From a virus (lineage: Duplodnaviria; Caudoviricetes), in the IMG/VR virus record IMGVR_UViG_3300044630_003213, positions 1-43,419 of that record: a stretch of DNA of 43,419 nt, one strand, 5' to 3'. The notes beneath the pieces are model-generated. The model saw only the letters and a program-made list of their open reading frames with translations. It did no database searches and was not told the DNA's origin. The position numbers and the translations under genes are program-made. Below are positions 26,104-34,200 of this stretch, piece by piece (position 1 is the stretch's first letter; every line of letters starts with the position of its first letter).

Positions 26104-26801
26104 TTTGCCTCCGCCCTCGCTTTGAGCATTGCGTCGGCTATTTCGTAAGCCATAATCGCGCTCTGGTTTATGTTGTTGTACCATCCCACTTCATTGATTG
26201 CCTTCGCCGCGAAGTAGTCGCGAATGCTCATGCCTTCAGGATTCTTCTTTCCGTACTGACTGACGTAATCCATTCCCGGAAATGCGGGTTCGCTTCCTCG
26301 CTTCAACTGCGAGCATGATTGCACATCGTTTTCCGCAGCATTTTTGCCTTCCCCTATGGTTTGGGTCTTTTGTGAATTGCACTGCACATCTGATGCATTT
26401 TGCGTGTGTGTCATATATTCTCCTTTTCTTGTTTCGTTCTGCCAGCATCCAAGAATGATGGCTTATCTGGTGTTGTTGTGGTGTTGTTAACTCAAGATTC
26501 TGACGCCTATTATCAAGTTTGTTCCCATTAATGTGATGCACTTCTTCTCCTTGTTTTGCACCTATTATGATTCGGTGCATGAGACATTGTGCGCCACGCT
26601 TTCTGTATCCTGATTTGTAAGCATATCCATTTAATCCTAATCTCCATCTTGAATCTGAAATGAGTTCAAAGTCTTCATCTGAAATCAAAGAGTAGGATTC
26701 AATCGGTGCAATAAGAGTGATTTGTTTCACGCGCTCACTGTGGCAAATAAAACCGCAGAGTCAACGGAAAACGGTCCTCCGTCGTTGATTGGTGCGCTCA
26801 T
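26100..26801 (-). pseudogene. DGGPAFP...GMSIRDYFAAKA family phage gene split by HNH insertion
   Basis: 5' part MSAPINDGGP starts at ATG 26801; 3' part PAFPGM...GMSIRDYFAAKA...AYEIADAMLKAR lies at about 26288..26100. Confidence 0.7.
26236..26730 (-). mobile_element. Free-standing HNH homing endonuclease gene
   Basis: MHRII...VHHINGNKLDNRRQNL motif, C-terminal CxxC...CCxxxC, visibly lower GC than its flanks. Confidence 0.88.
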
Positions 26802-26995
26802 TTCGATTCCTCCACCTTCACCATCGGAACAAAGTCCAATCGGTTGCTCTCGTCGATTGCGATTCCCCAATTGTTCCTGCGGCAGGACAGTTCGGTGGCG
26901 TTGTACACTTCCGCCACCTTCTCGTCCGGCAGGTAAATGGACAGCAGTCCTTTGAATGTTAGTCGTACCGTCTCTGATTTGTTTTGTTCGCTCAT
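26798..26995 (-). CDS. Hypothetical protein
   Basis: 65 aa, ATGA-coupled. Confidence 0.65.
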   Translation of the reverse strand: MSEQNKSETVRLTFKGLLSIYLPDEKVAEVYNATELSCRRNNWGIAIDESNRLDFVPMVKVEESK

Positions 26996-27222
26996 TTTGA
27001 TTCCTGTCTCTTTAGATATTCTGCAATTGCTTCATCTGCCAGTCCCTGAGTTCTATATCCATTTTTGATTGCGTATGCCTTTAACTCAGCATGCACATCT
27101 GGTGACACCAAAACGTGTTTAACAAGCTCACGGTTTCGTTTGGGTTTGTTTGTTCTTTTTGTTCCTGTTCCAGTAGCTGACTTCATATCTTTTAAGTTTC
27201 TTCGCTGCACGATAGGTTTCAC
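26992..27222 (-). CDS. Ribbon-helix-helix-like DNA-binding protein
   Basis: KHVLVSPDVHAELKAYA...LADEAIAEYL; start uncertain. Confidence 0.55.
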   Translation of the reverse strand: MKPIVQRRNLKDMKSATGTGTKRTNKPKRNRELVKHVLVSPDVHAELKAYAIKNGYRTQGLADEAIAEYLKRQESK

Positions 27223-27292
27223 CGGCTTGGCTCCTGCTCATCTGGTACACCCCGGTACCATCGTTGATCATTCGTTTGACCTGCTCGCTCAT
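27128..27292 (-). CDS. Small basic hypothetical protein
   Basis: 54 aa MSEQVKRMINDG...; ATG overlaps the resolvase stop. Confidence 0.45.
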   Translation of the reverse strand: MSEQVKRMINDGTGVYQMSRSQAGETYRAAKKLKRYEVSYWNRNKKNKQTQTKP

Positions 27293-27744
27293 CGACCACC
27301 TCCCTGGGCGTAGTGGAGGACCAGTAGGGCGTCACAGTTCTTAAGCGTGACATCTAGGTGTGGATACAGTTCCTGGGCCTTCGCCTTGAGCTTGCGCTTC
27401 CACTCTGCGGAGTTGGCGCAGGAGCGTTTACCACCCAGTCCAAGAGGGTCTTGCCATACCTTGGGCTCGACGCGGTGGAGGGCGTAGCCAATGGAGTAGG
27501 CCAATCCTTGGATGATGCCGTAGTTCTCATGTAGCGTGGCAACGCTTGCAGCAGGAGTCAGCTTGCTCACGAACTTGGGGACCTTCTCAATCCAGAGATG
27601 GCTATCTGCTAATTTGAATCCGCTTAGTAGTTTCGCCATGTCCGGTAAGGATTCGGGCATTGCGAACAGGAGGATCCCGTCCTTGGTGTGGATTGCGAAC
27701 CCGCCGTTCACGCCGGGGTCACAGGCTACGATTGTTTTGCTCAT
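27289..27744 (-). CDS. RuvC-like Holliday junction resolvase
   Basis: IVACDPGVNGG, WIEKV, VEPKVWQ and CDALL acidic motifs. Confidence 0.85.
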   Translation of the reverse strand: MSKTIVACDPGVNGGFAIHTKDGILLFAMPESLPDMAKLLSGFKLADSHLWIEKVPKFVSKLTPAASVATLHENYGIIQGLAYSIGYALHRVEPKVWQDPLGLGGKRSCANSAEWKRKLKAKAQELYPHLDVTLKNCDALLVLHYAQGGGR

Positions 27745-27856
27745 TGGTTTTGGTTTGTTGGGACTTGATGGTGAGAGTGTGGCCTACGTAGATGCCTGCG
27801 ATCACGCACAGTGGCATCAGCACGGCCATGGAGACGATGGTGAGTGCGGTGCTCAT
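27719..27856 (-). CDS. Small membrane protein
   Basis: 45 aa MSTALTIVSMAVLMPLCVIAGIYVG...; ATGA-coupled to the helicase gene. Confidence 0.5.
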   Translation of the reverse strand: MSTALTIVSMAVLMPLCVIAGIYVGHTLTIKSQQTKTNEQNNRSL

Positions 27857-28977
27857 GCGAAGTGGCATCCGAGTTCCTTGTAGCACTTGATGCGTTTCTT
27901 GGCGTGGGCTTCTGCGAGCGGATGGAATGTGTCGCGGAAGTCGTGGATGATCGCGTGATCCTTCCCTGGCGCTCGACGCAGCGCACGGCTGGCCCGCTGG
28001 ATAGTCTTCTGGGCGCTCCGACCACCGGACACCATGACCAGCGTGTGGACGTTCGGCAGATCCAATCCCTCGTCGGCCAGAGAGGTGGCGATCAAGATCT
28101 GGATGTCTCCTTTCCTGAACGCATCCATGACATTGGCTCGGACCTTCTTCGGAACCTTCGAGTGAATGCAGACAGCGCCAGACAGCAGCGATGCGAACCA
28201 CATCCCGAGTGTGACTCGTGGAACCAGAACCAGAGTTGGACATTTCGATCCACCGGATGCTGATGCCATAGCCGCTGCCATTCCGTTTCGATCCATGTTC
28301 TTGCAGATTCCGATCTCGGTGATCGCTTCCCAAGCGCACATCGCACGGAGTTCGGCGTGTTTGATCCGCATGTAGCGTTTGCGATCGTTGAAGAGCATCT
28401 CGATGTGATCATCGATCTTCTGCTGGATACCTTTGTCGCTGGCCGAGTGCATGTACACGGTTGCGTGGGCCAGAACTCCTTGGAGTTCCTCGCGCTTGAT
28501 CTCGAACTGATTGCCGCGGAACAGCTTACGGAGTTCTTCGTTTCGCTCGCCGTCATCGGACCAAGGCGTTGCGTCGAAGCCAAACCTCAGTCCCTTGCAC
28601 GACTCGATAATGCGCTTCCATGTGGTCGCAGGCGCATGCTTGGCTTCATCGACGATGATCAGTTTCTTGCTGCTGAAATCTACGGATTCGTGGGGGCAGC
28701 GCACATCGACGCGAGTAGGGTCCACACCCACAGCCACGAGAGCATCGCATGCCTGCTGACAGGTCTCACGAGTGGGAGCAATCCAACCAAAGGTCCAGCT
28801 AGGATCCTGTGAGTAGTGCTTGATGATCGATGAAGCGATCAGTGTCTTGCCGCATCCTGCTGGTGCGATGATGAGTCCATCAGCTCCAGACTTGGCCCAC
28901 TCGACCGCTCGTTGCTGGTAGGGACGCAGCAGAAATGCTTGCGTCGAAATGGTTTCCGGATGATCTTTGGTCTGCAT
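27853..28977 (-). CDS. Superfamily II (DExH) helicase
   Basis: LRPYQ, APAGCGKT, IIVDEAKH, DATP, DEGLDLP and IQRASRALR motifs. Confidence 0.92.
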   Translation of the reverse strand: MQTKDHPETISTQAFLLRPYQQRAVEWAKSGADGLIIAPAGCGKTLIASSIIKHYSQDPSWTFGWIAPTRETCQQACDALVAVGVDPTRVDVRCPHESVDFSSKKLIIVDEAKHAPATTWKRIIESCKGLRFGFDATPWSDDGERNEELRKLFRGNQFEIKREELQGVLAHATVYMHSASDKGIQQKIDDHIEMLFNDRKRYMRIKHAELRAMCAWEAITEIGICKNMDRNGMAAAMASASGGSKCPTLVLVPRVTLGMWFASLLSGAVCIHSKVPKKVRANVMDAFRKGDIQILIATSLADEGLDLPNVHTLVMVSGGRSAQKTIQRASRALRRAPGKDHAIIHDFRDTFHPLAEAHAKKRIKCYKELGCHFA

Positions 28978-29020
28978 AGCGTGTCGTTGCGCTTTGTTTG
29001 TTTGTTTTGGACTCATGTCA

Positions 29021-29058
29021 CCCCCCGGAGCCTGCACTCTCCGGGGGGCTTTTGTTTG
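29021..29058. terminator. Perfect 10-bp hairpin, terminator-like
   Basis: ccccccggag-8 nt-ctccgggggg with a T-tract on the plus strand, between the SSB-like and helicase genes. Confidence 0.55.
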
Positions 29059-29062
29059 TAGG

Positions 29063-29482
29063 TCAGATGGTGTCGTTATCGCTCGGCACCTTCTTCATGC
29101 GACGGACTCGAAGAGCGATCTGCTCAGCACCGTTCTTGTCGGTGTACTTCTCCTCTTCTAGGACGATCACGAGGGACAGTCCAACGAAGCCTTGGAGGAA
29201 TCGGAAGAAGGCTCCGTTGAGGCTAAAATCGAACTCAGCACCGTCATCGATGTTTGCCTCGGTCGCACTGATCAGCGCCTGAATGCGCCACATCATGGTG
29301 TCTTTCAGAACGAAGCGGTCGCTGATGACCTCCCCGGATGGACCCTTGTATCGCAGGGTTGCGACGCTGTTACCGCTCTTGTCCAGACCGTCATCCTTAC
29401 AGGAGTTGACGATGACAGTGTATTCGCCGGGGCCGGCAAACGGCTTCACTTCGGCTTGGGAACGATCGACTTTGAATTTCAT
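29063..29482 (-). CDS. DUF669-like single-stranded DNA-binding protein
   Basis: PGEYTVIV...KSGN pattern, 139 aa, after the recombination genes. Confidence 0.65.
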   Translation of the reverse strand: MKFKVDRSQAEVKPFAGPGEYTVIVNSCKDDGLDKSGNSVATLRYKGPSGEVISDRFVLKDTMMWRIQALISATEANIDDGAEFDFSLNGAFFRFLQGFVGLSLVIVLEEEKYTDKNGAEQIALRVRRMKKVPSDNDTI

Positions 29483-29501
29483 GTGTTGGGATGTGTGTTG
29501 T

Positions 29502-30281
29502 TTATTCGGACTGACGAGCCGCCCACGCGGGCAGCGAGAGTGATTGGATGGTTGATGAGTAACAAGGCCAAGAGTTGAGCTGTTGGCATTCGACGAACGT
29601 GCGGAGTTGCTCCTCGATGATTGAGTGACCGAGGTCGATGGCCTGCTGATCGAGTTCGTAGCAGGCCACGCCATAGGGCGCTTCCTTCTCGACTGCGATG
29701 AAGATGAACCGGTTGACCCCGGTCATGCGCTGGTACCACGCGGCTTGCACGTGATAGCGGAACTGGGCGCACGACTTGCCGAAGGACGCGGGTGAGGCGT
29801 CCTGGGTGGTTTTGACATCGATGATGTAGTCCTCGGCGAGGCCGTCGATGCGAGCCTTGACCTTCACGCCATTCCACGAGTCGAAGCACGAGACCTCGGT
29901 CTGGATGCCGTTGAGTAGCGGCGCTGCGGCAGGGTGAGCGTGAACCGCGGCGGCGGCTCCGGTGATGTTGTCCCACTGCTCTTGATTGAGAGGGATCTTG
30001 CCAGAAGCGATGACCGCCTCGTAGGCCATCTTGCCATCCTTGTTGCGCCGATCGCCTGTGAACAACGTGTAGTTCAGTGCGAACAGCTCAGGCTCAAGGA
30101 TCGCCATGTGGACGGCGGTCCCGAACTCCAGTGCAGGTGATGACTCGTTCTTGGTCGTGCCATCCTGCCAAGCGCGGAAGTGGGCGGGCGACTTACGGAA
30201 CTGATCGAGTCCAGACTTCGAGAGTGCCTTGGTGCCGTGGTAGATCGCCGCCGGCATGTTGCAGATGATTTCTCCACTCAC
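29502..30281 (-). CDS. RecE/exonuclease VIII-like PD-(D/E)XK nuclease
   Basis: LSKSGL, FGTAVHMAILEP, KARID...IIDVKTT, YHVQAAWY and FIFIAVEK. Confidence 0.9.
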   Translation of the reverse strand: MSGEIICNMPAAIYHGTKALSKSGLDQFRKSPAHFRAWQDGTTKNESSPALEFGTAVHMAILEPELFALNYTLFTGDRRNKDGKMAYEAVIASGKIPLNQEQWDNITGAAAAVHAHPAAAPLLNGIQTEVSCFDSWNGVKVKARIDGLAEDYIIDVKTTQDASPASFGKSCAQFRYHVQAAWYQRMTGVNRFIFIAVEKEAPYGVACYELDQQAIDLGHSIIEEQLRTFVECQQLNSWPCYSSTIQSLSLPAWAARQSE

Positions 30282-31057
30282 GGCTGCACCTCCGCGTTCA
30301 CGATCTCGGGGGTCACGATGACGGGCAGCTTGCTCAGGATGAGATCTGGCTTGCTGATGTACTTGCTGGCAAAGGTGTCATCCAGATCGCGGAATGTCTG
30401 ACCTTCCTTGATGCGACCGGCCTTGAGCAGCAGCGCGTTCACATCGGACTCGCGGGACTCGAAGAGTTCTTCCAGCTTGGCCAAGAGGTCAAAGCTCTTG
30501 GTTGGAGCGACAGGCGTCTCAGCAATGGCTGGCTGGAAGTCCTCGGTCTCCTCAGGGGTGTAGATGCCGGCCACCACTTCAGGAGCCAGCATGCGGATCG
30601 CTTTGCTGATGCACCGAGCGCGGAGCATAGCACCAGGATCCTTGGCCCATCCGGAACCCGGCTTGGCGGGGAGGAGACCGGCGAGCTTGGCGTCCTCGGT
30701 GGAGAACCCGATCTCGCACTGGTTACCATCGTAGGACCAGACAGCGATCGCTGCCTTGGTATCGAACTGCTTCCACACCACCTTGCCGCCGCGGGCGCGG
30801 TAGCCGGCCAGCATGGCATCGCTCCTCATGGAGAGAGAACCGTTGATGATGTGGTACTCGCGCTTGAAATCGAACGGGGTCTTCTTCTCGGCGGCGCACT
30901 GCCACGCGATGAGCTTTCCCTGTTCGACCTTGGTGCATCCCAGCATTCCGCTGGCTGCGATCCACTCGCCCATCTTCTCGATGGCGGTGATGGGGTCTGC
31001 GATCTTGCTGTACATCTCGGAGGATGCATCAGCGGTTGTCGTTGCGATTGCGTTCAT
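30278..31057 (-). CDS. RecT-like single-strand annealing protein
   Basis: W..DPGAMLRARCISKAIR...GIYTPEE; adjacent to the RecE-like gene. Confidence 0.75.
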   Translation of the reverse strand: MNAIATTTADASSEMYSKIADPITAIEKMGEWIAASGMLGCTKVEQGKLIAWQCAAEKKTPFDFKREYHIINGSLSMRSDAMLAGYRARGGKVVWKQFDTKAAIAVWSYDGNQCEIGFSTEDAKLAGLLPAKPGSGWAKDPGAMLRARCISKAIRMLAPEVVAGIYTPEETEDFQPAIAETPVAPTKSFDLLAKLEELFESRESDVNALLLKAGRIKEGQTFRDLDDTFASKYISKPDLILSKLPVIVTPEIVNAEVQP

Positions 31058-31227
31058 TTGCTGTTGTTTCTGAGTAGTTGCTCGATGACGTCGGAGCGAA
31101 CACGGATCGTGCGCTTCGTTGCCTTCATGGCTGGAAGCCGACCATCCCTGATCCATCGACGCACCGTCTCGGGATGAGTCCCGAGCGTCTGTGCGATCTC
31201 TTTGATCGAGAGTAGTTTTACGCTCAC
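31054..31227 (-). CDS. Excisionase-family (HTH_17-like) DNA-binding protein
   Basis: LLSIKEIAQTLGTHPETVRRWIRDGRLPA. Confidence 0.85.
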   Translation of the reverse strand: MSVKLLSIKEIAQTLGTHPETVRRWIRDGRLPAMKATKRTIRVRSDVIEQLLRNNSK

Positions 31228-31234
31228 GGGGAAG

Positions 31235-31263
31235 AACGTACCCCGTGTTGCCCAGTGTTGCAA
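31235..31263 (-). promoter_or_regulatory. Sigma70-like promoter of the replication operon
   Basis: TTGCAA-17 nt-TACGTT, 7 nt before GTG 31227. Confidence 0.65.
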
Positions 31264-31280
31264 ACTATTTCTTGCGGAAA

Positions 31281-34200
31281 TTATTCCTCGAAGCCTCGAC
31301 GGGGAGCAACGGGTGTCAAAGTCTGGCCAGATTTCCTCAATTCCTGAAGGAATTTGAGCTTTCCGATCTTGAGTCCCTCGTCGTAAGCGTCTGTGAGGTA
31401 ATCGATACGCGCTTCGTCTCCGCGCTGCTGGTAGGCACCGCTCATAAAGGCTCGTTCCGCAAACATCCGTCGATAGTATCCAACAAGTTGAGCATATCGG
31501 TCGTACTGCTCAGGGGTCATCCGCTCGTAGGTCTGGTTATCGAACGTAAGTTTTGGATTCGGCACTGACGGGAGCGCCTTGTTGTCCGCAGTCCTGCGCC
31601 ACACGCGGTAAATTGAAGCATTCAGTGGATCGGCATCGATCTCTCGGTTCTTGGCGAACGAAAGGAACTGGTAAACCCACGGGTTGTTGCCCTTCGGTGT
31701 CTGCTCAACCGCTTCTCCCCACAGATCACGGCGCACCGGCATCGCATTCGGATCCTTGGTGCCAGGGATGGCCAATCCAAGGGCTGCGAACCGCTGGTTC
31801 AGCTCATTTACCGTGTCCTTAATGATGCCTTCTCCGCCCGTGACGGGCAGGTACTCGCGTTCAGCGCGGCGAATGGAACCGAGAGTCGAAGGAGCGATGG
31901 GAGACGCAGCGGTAACCGCCAAATTCTTCACGAACCGCTCAAGCGAAGCGCCCGATTCCTCGGACATCAGCTTGATCAGGTCGCTCGTTCCTTTGAGGAA
32001 CTGCTGCTCCATTACAAAGTTGATGCCAGACAGAGCAGACCCCTTTCCGAGGGCGAAGAAGTCAGGTTCATCGGTGCGTGAACGCTCTGCGATACGCTTC
32101 GAGGATCCAACGATGATGCCGAGAGCGCCCATGGTTCCGAGGGCTGACAAGTCTTTGACGGTGTCCCCCGGCTTGAAGCTGGGATCCTGACCCGCAGTGA
32201 GGCGTCGGAGGGCCGACACGTTGAGAGTTCCGGGAGGCATGACACCACCAGCCTTGGCCAACTCACGAGCCTTGTTGGTCTCGCCAGGAGTGTCGAGGTT
32301 CGGGGTGACGATACCCTTGTCGTATAGATAGGAGAACGCCCCCATCACCATGCTTCCAACGATGAGCCGGCCAACAGCCTGCTCACGGTCGCGCACACTC
32401 ATGTTGCCCCAGTCTCTAAGAACGCCAGCAGGAGTGAACTGCAATGCTTCTGCGGCGACGTTGATCGGCGTCTTCTGGAAGAGCGAGATCAGGCGGTACG
32501 GAACGTATCCAAGAGAACCAGTCTCCTGTTTGATGAACCGGTTGATACCGGCCACCATGCGGGTGGCGGAATTGTCCTGCTGGAAGACCGACCGAGCGGC
32601 CTCGGTTTCGATCGTGTTGATGTCATCCGCGGTGAATCCCTTGCGCCCATTGGCACGAGCCTGATCAGAGATCAGCGCAAGCTCAGGATCCTTGAGCGCC
32701 AGCTTGATTTGACTTTCGGTGAGACCGCGCATGCGTCCCAACTCAGAGACGATCGCCGCACGGTTGGCCTGCTTGAACGGGATGTCGGTCGCCTGAGTCA
32801 GTCTCAGCATGATGTCAGGCATCACGCCAACGGTAGCCTCAACAATATTGCGGACCACGTTGCCTCGGTACTCACCGGACATGGCCTCGTACAGATTCTT
32901 CCACGCCCGCTGGAAGTTGAGCGGGTTTCCGATGCTTGTTCCCAGTTCGTATGGGTTGGCGTTGGAACCCCTGAGAATCGCTTTCTGTGCAGCGGGCAAA
33001 GATTGTCCAAACGCCTTGATACGATCGAGCAACCGAGACCTGTAGTTGTAAGCGTTGTTCTTGCTACCAAACAGCGCCATGTCGATGAGCGACGAGGTAA
33101 GATCGGCGGTCTCACGGAGTGGCAGGTTGATGGCGTTGCCGACCACGTTGCGAACGATGGAGATCGGGGCCATGACCGATCCCTGCACAAGCGACACGAA
33201 GAGATCAGCAGCGGACGAAGGATTGATCCTAGCAATCGTCTCGTTGAGAACGACATCCGCTTCCATGCGAAGCGTGTCGGCCACGTTGATGCGGTCCAGT
33301 GCGCTCTGAATATCGGCTGGATTGTTGCTTCCGAAAGCGGTGCGCCCTTCAACACGAGCAGCGGTCGCAGCGTCCTGAGCGATCTTGTACTGATCCATCG
33401 CAGTGCCGAGTTGATCGACCTGCTTCGGAGTCATCGGCTTGCGTTTGTTCTGCTCAAGCGACTTTGTGACGAGCTGGATTACGCCATCACGGCTGGCCGA
33501 CTTGAGGAGCTTAAACTGGTTGATGAGCTGACCCCAAGTAGTACCGCTCTTTGCGAGAGACAACGCGGTTTTGCTCGCACCATCCATATCGCCACTGGCG
33601 ATCTGGCGATTGAACTGCTCCATCCCGGAGATCACCCGAGTGTTGGATTCCGGATCGATGATGTCTGCGGCCAGCTCACGGTCGCTCTTGATGGAGGCTC
33701 GGCTGGCTTCATCACGAACGGATTGCTCGATGTACTGAGCTTCTGGAGAACCGGCAACGACACGCCTCACCTCGGAAGGAACCTGCTCTGAAGTAGCAAC
33801 ACGCTCTGCGAACTTGCGCGTCTTCTCTTCTCCGCGTTGATAGCGGATATCCGATTTGCTTTTCTGAAAACGCTGAGACAACGGTATGACATTTCCTTGA
33901 TCGTCATAAATGACCGCATCAGCAGATTTTATCTGGGTTGGGTCGAAAACAGCATATTCATTTTTACCAAGCCCAGCAACAGTTCCAACTATTCCATCAT
34001 ACCCAAGCTCTGAGAGTTTCTGTACTTCTCTCGCATTGATTTCGCTAGATCTCAGGGCAATCGTCTCATTGAACGGATTTTTAACATTTAGAAAATATGG
34101 AGAGACTTTTTCACCGAAAACTTTTGCGGTGTTAGGATCATCCGTAAAAAACGCTCCGCGAGAAGTCTTGAACTCCGTAAATGTTTTATCCGATCCGTGC

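Noticed and set aside
26285-26770. Possible group I intron carrying the HNH gene
   Set aside because: The roughly 480-nt insert is almost entirely ORF, leaving no room for a ribozyme core, and no P/Q/R/S elements were recognised.
31054-31227. Evidence of an integrated prophage from the excisionase-like gene
   Set aside because: No integrase, att site or host genes are in the window, and HTH_17-like proteins often act as plain regulators.
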